The translations under genes were made by a program, and so were the position numbers. Below are positions 53,590 to 64,000 of a stretch of 64,000 nucleotides of DNA, in pieces. The notes beneath the pieces are model-generated. The model made no database searches. It was given only the letters and a program-made list of their open reading frames with translations, and was not told where the DNA came from. Every line of letters begins with the position of its first letter. Within the stretch, counting starts at the first letter, position 1. This DNA is from Chiloscyllium plagiosum (lineage: Eukaryota): contig NC_057757.1 of assembly GCF_004010195.1 (NCBI RefSeq), positions 9,777,154-9,841,153 of the forward strand. The letters are read 5' to 3'.

Positions 53590-54420
53590 GTTCCTCTGTT
53601 CCTCTAAACTTCCAGTGTTCTCTCATTCATTGAGCACTCCCTTGTCTTGTTCCTTCTTCCAATGTGCACCACTTCACATTTATCAAGTTACATTCCATCC
53701 GCCCACCTGACCAATCTGTTTATATCCTCCTCTAACCTCACACCTTTCTCCTCCCTGTCAACCACTCGGCTGATCTTTTTGACATGGACATACTAACTTA
53801 CCATCTCTCCCACATTCTCATCTACATCATTTTTGAAGGTCACAAACAATAAGGCAGCCAGCACTGATCCCAGTTGTACATCACTGCACACCATGCTCAA
53901 GCCACACAACCAGTCTTCTACCACCACACTCTGCCTCCAGTGGCTAAGCCAATTTCAGATCCATCTCACCAAGTTATACTGGATCTTATGTGCTTTTACT
54001 TCTGTATCAGTTTCCCATGAGTGAACTTGTCAAAGCCTTTGCTGAATCCACATACTTTACATCTGCTGCAATGTCCTGATCTGCTTAGTCACCTCAGCGA
54101 GAAATTCAACCAGGTATGAGCTCTATATGAAAAGTCCATAAGGCCATAAGACCATAAGACATAGGAGCGGAAGTAAGGCCATTCGGCCCATCGAGTCCAC
54201 TCCGCCATTCAATCATGGCTGATGGGCATTTCAACTTCACTTACCCGCATTCTCCCCGTAGCCCTTAATTCCTTGTGATATCTGATTATCCCTGATCAAA
54301 CCGTGCCTCTCCAAACAGAGATTAATTCTCTCTTGCAGAATTTTGTCCAATATATTCCCAACCTCTGATGTGAGATTTAGCATGTTTGTGATTCCTGGTT
54401 AATCTCTACTATGCTTTTGT
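53590..54420 (-). mobile_element. Degenerate CR1 fragment
   Basis: Antisense RT remnants. Confidence 0.7.
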
Positions 54421-54653
54421 CAATTAATCAGGTGTCTGATGCCTAACCATTGTAGTCTGTCAGAGCAATTTGGAACAGAGAAATCTGTCTGAATCCAGAA
54501 ACCAGGGACACACTTCCCTGCACCTAAAACAAGACTTCTGTTGAAATACACAGTACAGCACTGAGATCCACACAAGAGGAAAGATATTATGATTGTAGAG
54601 AGTGAGTAACCGGTTAGCTGGTACTGTCTGGTATGAAGACTTACAGTTACAAA

Positions 54654-54876
54654 TGATTTGGAGATTCCGGTGTTGGACTAGGGTGTACAAAGTTAAAAAT
54701 CACACAACACCAGGTTATAGTCCAACAGGTTTAATTGGAGGCACACTAGCTTTCGGAGCGCCAGGGATGTCCTCCACTATCACCTGATGAAGGAGCGGCG
54801 CTCCGAAAGCTAGTGTGCTTCCAATTAAACCTGTTGGACTATAACTTGGTGTTGTGTGATTTTTAACTTTGTACAA
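54654..54876. mobile_element. Palindromic Penelope pLTR insertion (second family)
   Basis: About 79-bp near-perfect inverted arms across 54684-54875. TSD ttacaaa (54647-54653 / 54877-54883). Confidence 0.9.
54781..54815 (+). ncRNA. Minimal hammerhead ribozyme motif
   Basis: CAC-CTGATGA-AGGAGCGGCGCTCC-GAAAGCTA-GTG: stem I CAC/GTG, stem II GGAGC/GCTCC. Confidence 0.65.
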
Positions 54877-55364
54877 TTACAAAGAAGGACTAAGAAAAAT
54901 CAACATGATTTAGCTTTTTTAAGGAGCTAAAGGATAGTCAACATTGTGAAAAGATATAAATAAATCTTTTGCTGATTATCGAGCAGTTAAGAACAAGGTA
55001 CTGAGGTTGCATGCGAGAGATATTGTACAGAAGGCGAGAGAAACATCCTTTAAGTAAAAGTTTAGTTGGTGAGAATTACTGGGGTAGTGGTTGATATTGA
55101 AACTCTTCACATTCTGGTGAATGCAGGAAATGGGAAGACGGATGCAGGATGGCATGGGTAAGTGTGTTCAGGACTACTTATTCACATAAAGAGCAAACAC
55201 TGCCACAGCCTAATTGGACTGAACGGCCTGTGTCTTTGTAACTTTCAATGATCAGCCTGTGTTGACTGGAACATAAAAACACAAGAATGAAGTATTTCAG
55301 AGCAGTGATATGCCCAGTGGCCCCGAAACTGCACATCCCTGGACACTAGGGGCAAGTTAGCAAA

Positions 55365-55908
55365 TGTTCTGTGCAATTCTGGTCTCCCTGCTCTAGGAAG
55401 GATGTTGTGAAACTTGAAAGGGTTCAGAAAACATTTACAAGGATGTTACCAGGGTTGGAGGATTTGAGCTACAGGGAGAGGTTAAATAGCCCGGGGCTGT
55501 TTTCCCTGGAGTGTCAGAGGCTGAAGGGTGACCTTATAGAGGTTCATAAAATCATGAGGGGCATGGATAGGGGGGAATAGCCAAGGTCTTTTCCCCAGGG
55601 TGGGGGAATCCAGAGCTAGAGGCATAGGTTTAGGGAGAAGGAGGAACGGTTTTAAAGGGACCTAAGGGGCAACCTTTTCACTCAGCGGATGGTGCATGCA
55701 TGGAATGAACAGCCAGAGAAGGTGGTGGAGGATGGTATAATTGCAACATTTAAAAGGCATCTGGATGGGTATATGAATAGGAAGGGTTTAGAGGGAAATG
55801 GGCCAAGCGTTGGCAAATGGGACTGGATTAATTTCGGATATCTGGTCGGCATGGACGAGTTGCACCGAAGGATATGTTTCCGTGATATATATCTTGATGA
55901 CTCTATAA
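55365..55908 (+). mobile_element. CR1/HER1 3' end
   Basis: QFWSP...KLERVQK and TFKRHLD motifs, plus tail. Confidence 0.95.
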
Positions 55909-56449
55909 CTCCAGCCTGCTCTGCCATTCAATGAGACCAAACGGGATCTGGTGTGGCCTAATCTCCAAACCTATAGACAGCCTTGACTACCCAAAACTTA
56001 ACTCAGTCTCACGTAAGTTCAATGACCCAGCCTCCACTGTTTACTGGAGAAGAGTATTTCACAGACTAACAAGACTTCAGCTTTTAGCTTTAATACAAGA
56101 AACCTTAAGGCATCCTTTCTAGCTTCCATGGGGCTCATTCCTAGATTCTACAAGGCAGATCCATGGGCTGGACAGGCTTGGTCTTCTTTAGTCTTCCCTT
56201 CCAGGGAAAACAATATCATTACTCTCTTCTCAAGGTTGAAATGGGCCATGAATGGCGATTTCATGATGGGCACAAAGGCAAAGAGCAATGTCAACTGAGA
56301 CAGTCCAGGTGTCAAAATAACTTCTCAGGATTTTCATGCTTTTAATTTGATTTTTCTCCCGGATTCGATTCGAAATAGAGAGCCTGTTTTGGATGTGGAG
56401 TGAAATGTCTTGAATTTGGAGGTTGAAGCACAAAAGATGTGCACCTTCG

Positions 56450-56732
56450 GAGGATTGGCCAAGCTAAATTGTCCTGTGGTGTCCAGAGATGTGCAGGTTA
56501 AGGTGGATGGGCCATGTTAAATTTCCCCATCGTGTCCTGAGATGTGCAGGTTAAGGTGGATTGGCCACGTTAAGTTGCCCAAAATGTCCAGGGTTGTACA
56601 AATTAGGTGGATTAGCCACGGAAAATGCAGTGTTAGGGAGGTGGGTCTGGGTGGGATGCTCTTCAGATGGTCAGTGCAGACTCAATGGATTGAATGACCT
56701 CTTTCCTTACTGTAGCAATTCCATGATTCTAT
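56450..56732 (+). mobile_element. HE1 SINE 3' part with about 52-bp internal unit in 3 copies
   Basis: gatgtgcaggttaaggtggat(t/g)ggcca repeated. Confidence 0.8.
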
Positions 56733-57679
56733 GTCAAACTTCAGAGGTGGGAAGTAGTTACAAGTAGATACAAAAACTTATTTCTAGAAACACAATGGGA
56801 AGCAAAATCTTAAAGCAGCTCACTCGTCGAGGAGTCCCGATATCAAAAACGGCCAACAGATCCTTCACTTACCCCTGGGCACTTGGAAAACATCCTGCAG
56901 TAAGTCAAACATTTTGTGTTAAAAAGATCACTCATAACTGTACATCCCTACTGATCTCCAAATTAGATTAGAGACCCCAAATATATTGCTAATGTAGTAT
57001 TACAGGAAGCGATTTTAGCAATATAGAGGAGGATACATATGGAAGTATTTAAAAGGTCGGCAGTCCTGAAATTAGAGCCATCATTTCACAGAATCATAGA
57101 ATCATTATGATGCAGAAGGAGGCCATTCGGTCCATTTGTCCCTGTATTGGCTGTATTCTCTAGTATCAGTCTCCTGCCTTTTCCCCAGATCTGAGCAATC
57201 ATTCAGCAATACCCTCCAGAATGGTTCAATTGAACCTGCCTCCACCACAGTTCCAGGCCCTAGGTTCTCACTGAGAGAAAAAGGCTTTTTTTCTCATATC
57301 ATCTCTGCTTCTTTTACATATTACATTAAATCCTTTCTCTCTTGTTCTGGTTTCTTTTATGAGCAGGAACAGCTGCTTGCGATCTACTTTGTCCAGCCCA
57401 CTCATGATTTGTAAAACCTCTACCAAATCTCCTCTCAGTCTTCATGTCTCTCCAAGGAGAAGAGTCACAGCTTCTTCCATCTATCCCAATCACTGAAGTT
57501 TCTCAGTTCTGGGTTACAGGGAGAAAGCAGGAAAATGACACCAAATGAAAAGGCCCTTCAGTGAGCCAGTGCAGACACAGTGGCCTCCATCTGCTCCATA
57601 ACAATTCTGTGATTTAAAGAAAATAAACTTGGAGGAAATGATTTGCATTTGGAAAAGTATAGGTCAACAAATGAAAGTT

Positions 57680-57810
57680 TCCTGATGAAGGGCTTTTGCC
57701 TGAAACGTTGATATTCCTGCTCCTCGGATGCTGTCTGACCTGCTGTGCTTTTCCAGCACCACTCTAATCTTGACTCTGATCTCCAGCATCTGCAGTCCTC
57801 ACTTTCACCT
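57680..57810 (+). mobile_element. Short Penelope pLTR insertion beginning at the hammerhead motif
   Basis: cctgatgaagggcttttgcctgaaacg, with 11-bp TSD aaatgaaagtt (57669-57679 / 57811-57821). Confidence 0.9.
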
Positions 57811-58682
57811 AAATGAAAGTTAATATTAACTTCTTCTAGGCAAATGTTGTATAAGCAATGTGATTGAGTTATTTGATTAAGTATTGGATAGTTTTGATGA
57901 GAATCATGTGATTGATGGCTTGTAAATGGAACTTTTAAAAGAATTTGAACAGGTACCATATAACAAACTGGTTAGCAAAATAAAATTCTAATGGGGTTAA
58001 AGTGACAGTGACGTCAAGAACGTAAACTAGACTATGGAACAAGAAACAAGGAGCACTTGGACACAGTTAATTAAGGACTGCCCAGTGATCAGTACCAGGG
58101 CCATTGCTGTTTCTAATATACAATCATGACCTGACCTCTTTACATAGCTTGCAGATGGAATGAAACTCATAATTATAGTGATCAAGAGGAAGAGAAGCAG
58201 CAAATTGAAGAGAATTAAGGCAGACATGTAAAATGGGCAGACGTGCAACAGATTGAATTTATTTTGACAAGAGTGAAGTGATCCATTTGATCGGGAATGG
58301 GGAGAGCTGATGTAATGTACACGAACAGAGTGGCCCAGGGAGTATCTTGTCTCTGAGAGAGGCAGGATGATTTGGGCTGGCTGGAATCCTTGTCTTTATT
58401 TTTAAATTGAGGCTTAGGGCTGATCCTTACAGGGGTCTGAATGATGTGGGTAATGGTAGAATGGGTGGCAAAATCAGTCAAGAGGTCTGGCGAGCCCTAT
58501 CTCAATGTCAGGATCATCTCATTCCATCTTTTATGTTTTTCACAAGTGGGAGAGCACGGTTTTTGTTAGGTAGTAGAAGTTTTCAGTTGACAGGAATTTA
58601 TAGAGTTATAGAGTCATACAACACAGAAATAAATTCTTCGGTTCAACTGGTGTATACCGACCAATTTTCCCAAGCTAATCAG

Positions 58683-58968
58683 CGTGATGGCTCAGTGGTT
58701 AGCACTGCTGCCTCACAGCACCAGGGACCCGGGTTCGATTCTAGCCCTGGGCAACTGTCTGTGTGGAGTTTGCATATTCCCCCCGTGTCTGGGTGCTCTG
58801 ATTTCCTCCCACAATCCAAAGATGTGAATTGGCCATGCTAACATGCTCATAGTGTTCAGGGATAAATATAGAATAGTAGGAAAATAGGTCTGGGTGGGTT
58901 ACTCTTTGAAGGGTCGGTGTGGACTTGTTGGGCCAAATGGCCTATTTCTACACTGTAGGAATTCTGTG
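58683..58968 (+). mobile_element. HE1 SINE nested in a minus-strand CR1 tail (58600-59018)
   Basis: ggctcagtggttagcactgctgcctcacagc head. Confidence 0.9.
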
Positions 58969-59018
58969 AAACTAGTCCCATTTGCCTCAATTTGGCCCAT
59001 AAACCTTCTAAACCTTTC

Positions 59019-62000
59019 TGTAGTGATTGTAATGGTGTCAGCCAGCCGGACCTCTTAGAATATGAGTTCCCTGATTGGGACTGTTAACCTGGTCCAATCA
59101 GGGAGCCCTGGCTGAAAAATAAGAACAGGAATGTCAGAGATTCTGTTCACTCTGACAGCTGTGGGTATGAAGGCCTGACTTGTAAATAAAGGGGCACTTG
59201 GTGATGAGATACGACCTCCATGGAGTTGTTTCAGTGGCAACGAGAGAAAAGCATGCTCCTGAAGACTTTTGCTCATAATTGTTGTCTTTCAGTTTGGGGT
59301 AAGCACCATGTAATTATTTGAGAAACTTAACTCGTTCAATTCTACTGTCAAAGACAGGGCCCAGTATGGGGCAAATATGCAATATTTTCTACAGGCAAAT
59401 GACATTGGGATAGATGAAAAGTAATGAGTAATTCTCCTGACAGCTTGTGGTCCCACGGATTACTTGGTTATTAGGAGCCAAATGTTCCCTGAGGCACCAA
59501 ATATTAAAACCATTCAAGAGTTGACAGATTTAGCTAAGGAATACTACAACCCTAAGCTTCCTCTAATTCTGAGCCACTATCATTTTCACTTGGCAGTTCC
59601 AGAACCAGAAGAACACAGGATTTTTGACTAGGTTGAGGCAACTGGCAGAGGCATGTAACTTTGGTTTAACCTTTAATGAGATGCTGAGAGACTATTTGGT
59701 ACGTAGGACTAATGATATAACCGTGCAAAAGTATGCAAAAGCCCACCTGGACTTAAAGAGGCATGATAACTGGCTCTGACATTGGAAAATGCAGTAAGTG
59801 GAGCATACGCATTGCACGGTATTCTGATGGAAGTGGACACCTTCACCAGTCCGACTGAGATTGTGGAACTCAATTGCTTAGCCTTATTCAGGACATATCC
59901 TGAACAGAGGGACTCTGGGTCAGCATACAACAAGACCCAAAACAAAACCACGTCTCAACCAAACCGTTCAAATTTTCTTCAGGAAGCAGGCTGGTAAGCC
60001 AGTATGCAGACACGAGACAACAGCAGAGTCCCACCAGATATAAATTGAATAAAAGAACTCATAGACCAATACCCAGGAGATTGCACACCTTGGGAAGTCT
60101 CCCTACACCTGGTTTGGAACAGTTAAATTGTTTTGCAACATCCAAATCAAAACCAATCAAAATAAATGTCTGGTTAAATGGTCATCCGGTTCTAATGGAG
60201 GTCGATACCAGCACAGCCATATCAATGATAGCAGAACCAGTCTTTAACAAAAATCAGTCTGGTCTCCAACCTTTCAATTTGTACAAAACCCCGACCAGAC
60301 TAAGAACCTATACTGGGGAACCTTTACAGATGAAGGGTACAACTTCGGTTCCGGTCTCGTCTGAGAAGCAACTAGCTCAGTTACCACTGATTGGAGTAAC
60401 CACGAAATTGGTTGAGAAAGATTCAACTTGATTGGCTCAATTATTCAATTAGAAAATGGCTAACTAAATGAAGTCCTAATTAAATACCCATAAATTTTTC
60501 AGAAAAAAGTCGAGGGACTATCAAATTGAATTGAATTGAATTTATTGTCACATGTACCGAGGCACAATGTCTTGAGAGCAATCAGGCAGATCATAGAGTT
60601 GAGTAGCATAAATAGTAAATAATAGGTAAACAGCAGCAAAAACAAAAACATAGGTACAGGCCAATGTTCAGAGTTTGTGAGTCCATTCAGTAATCTAACA
60701 ACAGTAGGGTCGAACTGTTTTGAAAGTGGCTGGTATGTGTGTGTTCAGGCTCCTGTACCTTCTCCCCGATGGTAGAGGTTGTAGAAAAACATTGCCAGGG
60801 TGGGATGGATCATTGAGAATGCTGGTGGCCTTTCCTTGACAGTGAGCCTGGTAGATGGATTCTATAGATGGGAGGTTGGCCTTTGTGATTGCCCGGGCTG
60901 AGTTCACCCCTCTCTGTATCCATCTCCAATTTTGAATGGTACGGTACCATACCAGGTAGTGATACATCCAGACAGAATGCTCATGATGGCGTACCTATAA
61001 AAGTTGGCAAGAGTATTCACCATCATGCCGAATTTCCTCAGCTGCCTGAGGAAGAAGAGACGTTGTTGGGCCTTTGTAACCAGTGCGTCCACATGAAGAG
61101 TCCAAGAAAGCTTGTTGTGGATGACCACTCCCAGGAGCCTGACACTGTCCACTCATTCCACCTCAGTGCTGTTAATGTATAGGGGGGCATGTGTAACATC
61201 TTGTTGAAAGTCAATAATGAGTTCCTTGGCTTTGCCAGCATTGAGATCTAGGTTTTTCCCATTGCACCATTTTTCCAGGTCTTCCACCTCCTGTCTGTAG
61301 TCTGGTTCATCACCATCTGAGGTTCGACTGACTACGGTGGTGTCATCAGCCAATTTGCAAATGGCATTAGTCTGGTGTTTGGTGATGCAGTCCTGGGTAT
61401 ACATTGAGTCCAATAGGGGGCTGAGTATGTACCCCTGGGGGACTCCAGTGTTGAGTGTTAGTGAAGATAAAATATTGTCCCCAACCTTGACTGATTGTAG
61501 CCTGTAGGTCAGGAAACTGAGGATCCAGTTGCAGACAGTGGGGCTTAGTCCGAGATCACTAAGTTTAATAATCAGTCTCAAGGGGATAATAGCGTTGAAG
61601 GCTGAACTGTAGAAAATGAGTAGGATTCTTACGTAGCTGTTCTTGGTATCAAGATGTTCTAGGATTAGTGGTGCTGGAAGAGCACAGCAGTTCAGGCAGC
61701 ATCCAAGGAGTGTTCTAGGCAGGAGTGAAGGGCAAGTGATATGGCATCTGACGTGGATCGGTTGGTCTGATAGGCAAATTGAAGTGGGTCAAGAGTAGTG
61801 GGAAGGCTAGAGTTGATTAATGCTATGACCAGCCTTTCAAAGGAGCTAAGACCAACTCAGATGTCGACCAGGAAGCAATTCCACGATTCTGCAAGGCCCA
61901 CCCAGTGCCATTTGCTTTATGGACAAAAGTGGAGGCAGAAATTAAAAGACTGGAAAGAGAAGGAATGATCAAACCAGAGCAGTCTGCAGATGGGCAGCAC

Positions 62001-63105
62001 CAGTCATACTGATTGTGAAGCTTAATGGGTTGGTTCACCTTTGTAAGGATTTTAAACAAATGGTAACCTGCTTCTCATGGCTGGATAAATACCAATCCTT
62101 TGCATAGAGGATTTATACTCAAAGCTGGCAGGGCGACTGTCCTTCACGTAGCTGGACATGAGCCATGCGTACCTGCGATTGTGGTTAGATGAGGATTGCC
62201 AGAAGTATGGGATAATTAATACCAAAAAGGTTTGTACCAATTTACAAGACTGCCACTTCGGGTATCATCAATCTGTGCAATCTTTCAGCAGATGATAGAG
62301 AATATTTTACAAGGTCTACCCTAGCTCACTATTTATGAGATGATGTGATAATAGAAGGGAAGACCAATAAGGAGCACTTAGACAACTTGGACATAGTCCT
62401 TTGATGTTTCTCCCAGGTGGTTGTATGCCTTAGAAGGGAAAAATGTATATTCTAGGCACCCCAAGTGACCTGCTTGAGCTACCCAGTAAACAAGATCGGG
62501 TTACACCCATTAGAAGATAAAGTGAGGACGAGTAAAGGTGGCCTAGCTCCCATGCCTGTACTAGAGCTTAGGTCTTGCCTTGTGCTGGGGAATTATTACA
62601 GAAAGTTAATACATAACCCAGCCTCTATCCTGGTACCTTTGCATCAACTCTTTAAAAAGGGTCAACATTGGAAATGGTCGCATAGCCAAGCCATAGCTTT
62701 GAGGGAAGTGAAGGAACAGCTATCAACATCTAAGATGTTGGCACACTATGATCCCAAGCAAGATCTAATATTGACATACAATGCCTTTCCACATAGTATT
62801 ATGGTAACATTAGCTCATAGGCGGCTCAATGGAGAGGAACGCTCAATAGCATATGCTTGCAGAACATTGGCTAATGCAGGATGCGAATACGGCCAGTTGA
62901 AGATGGAATGTTTGGTGGTCATATTTGGAGTCAAGAAATTGCACCCATACCTTTACGGATGTAAGTTTGTAATAATAACGGACCACAAATTCCTGCTCGG
63001 TCTACTTAGAGAGGACAAGGCAGTGCTGCCTGTAGCTTCAGGCCAAATTTAGCAGTGGGCTCTAATACCAACCACGTACAATTACAAGTTGGAATACTAT
63101 CGTCC
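59019..63105 (+). mobile_element. Gypsy (Mag-like) LTR retrotransposon, inactive and 3'-truncated: 5' LTR 59019-59233, PBS, gag, protease, RT, RNase H
   Basis: TG...CA LTR, PBS TGGCAACGAG (tRNA-Ser-like), MEVDTSTAISMI protease, LAHYDP...TDHKFLLGL RNase H. No integrase or 3' LTR. Confidence 0.92.
60526..61841 (-). mobile_element. Rex1/Babar LINE inserted into the Gypsy pol
   Basis: TGVPQGYILSPLL, LADDTTVV and KAQQRLFFLRQLRKF motifs, (ttgaa)n tail, tcaaa at both junctions. Confidence 0.9.
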
Positions 63106-63231
63106 TGAGATTAGAGATAAGATGTTAAATCTAAATGTTGCTTACTTAATATGTTTTTTTAATCATCTATGTGTGTTATTCCTAATTAACGTGATTAAAT
63201 CGTGATGATCATTTGTTTTCTTCTTTTGAAG

Positions 63232-63893
63232 GCTACCGGTTTTTCCCAAGTAAAGAAAACAGTTAATGGTCCTGGATCTGAAAGCGTTCCTCCAGGAAAG
63301 GACTCATCCACAAACAGTCAAGCAAAGCATTTTTCACTCAAAGATATGACAATCAGAATTGTCAAGTCACAAACAGGGATGACGGAGGGCATGCTGAGGA
63401 ACTGGCTCCTCAGGGAAAGCCTGTCCCAGCATCAGGGTTGGATGGGAGCAGTTCCTCAGTTACTGTTCACACCACGGTGCATCCATCCTTGAGAACAATG
63501 CCAGCAGATATGGTGACCAAAAGTGACATTGACACAAATGTCCACTCTGACCAAGCTGCTGTGGACTCATTATCAGCGTACAAAATGCCAGATCTGAAGA
63601 CCCCCTCCAGTCAGAGCCCTATGAAACAGCCAGATGGAGCTTGTCTGATCCAAGATGTCCAATCTGTGCACTTGCAATCTTACATACCATCCAATGCTAA
63701 CAGGCCTATTCAGTTCTACACCTCACCTTCTGATAAACCTCCAAATTACTACTTCTGGTACTGTCCTTACTGGCAGATTCAAAATAACCCCCTCTGTACT
63801 CCCATTGGCACAGGGCAATCTCCAGTCCCTCAAAACCCAGCAGAGATGTCGGAGCCAGCAGACGTGGAACCCACTGCCTTTGACCATGTCTGA
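63232..63893 (+). CDS. Candidate terminal exon encoding an S/P/T/Q-rich unknown peptide, with a probable 1-nt frameshift
   Basis: Strong acceptor tttgttttcttcttttgaag. One frame is open 63232-63492 and another is open 63282-63893. No transposon motifs. Confidence 0.45.
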
Positions 63894-63900
63894 ATGTGCT

Positions 63901-63964
63901 CATATCTCACCTATACCCGTGATGACAGGGCTCATACCTCGCCTATACCCGTGATGACAGGGCT
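63901..63964 (+). repeat. 32-bp tandem duplication
   Basis: cata(t/c)ctc(a/g)cctatacccgtgatgacagggct twice. Confidence 0.9.
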
Positions 63965-64000
63965 CTGTATGATATTTTCTTCCACATTCCTGATCCTCAC

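Larger units (their letters stand above)
36162..63893 (+). pseudogene. Candidate multi-exon decayed gene of unknown family (about 15 exon-like islands)
   Basis: AG...GT-bounded unique islands splice into one frame with about 11 stops in about 430 codons, followed by a long terminal ORF. See findings. Confidence 0.4.

Noticed and set aside
53025..53626. 187-aa and overlapping ORFs as host genes
   Set aside because: Alternative frames of the Penelope GIY-YIG segment.
59019..63105. Intact or domesticated Gypsy gene
   Set aside because: Numerous stops and frameshifts, a LINE insertion, and no integrase.

Overview
Vertebrate genomic DNA, most likely a cartilaginous fish (shark). This is inferred from the repeat set: HE1-type SINEs, HER1/CR1 LINEs, Penelope-like elements, Rex1/Babar LINEs, Tx1 and Mag-type Gypsy. 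Most of the window is transposon debris, and there are six N gaps. Non-transposon content: (i) a degenerate tRNA-Gly(TCC)/tRNA-Arg(ACG) pair abutting a CR1 3' tail (3743-4097); (ii) the first coding exon of a GPR139/GPR142-like class A GPCR on the minus strand (37702-37882), with candidate TATA box and 5' exons but no visible 7TM exon; (iii) a chain of about 15 exon-like unique islands on the plus strand (36162-63893) that I can splice into one unrecognised reading frame with scattered stops, probably a decayed gene interleaved antisense with the GPCR; (iv) several minisatellites. Penelope fragments carry minimal hammerhead ribozyme motifs and form short palindromic insertions with target-site duplications (TSDs). 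There is no CRISPR array, rRNA or prokaryotic gene. All family assignments are by eye, without database searches.
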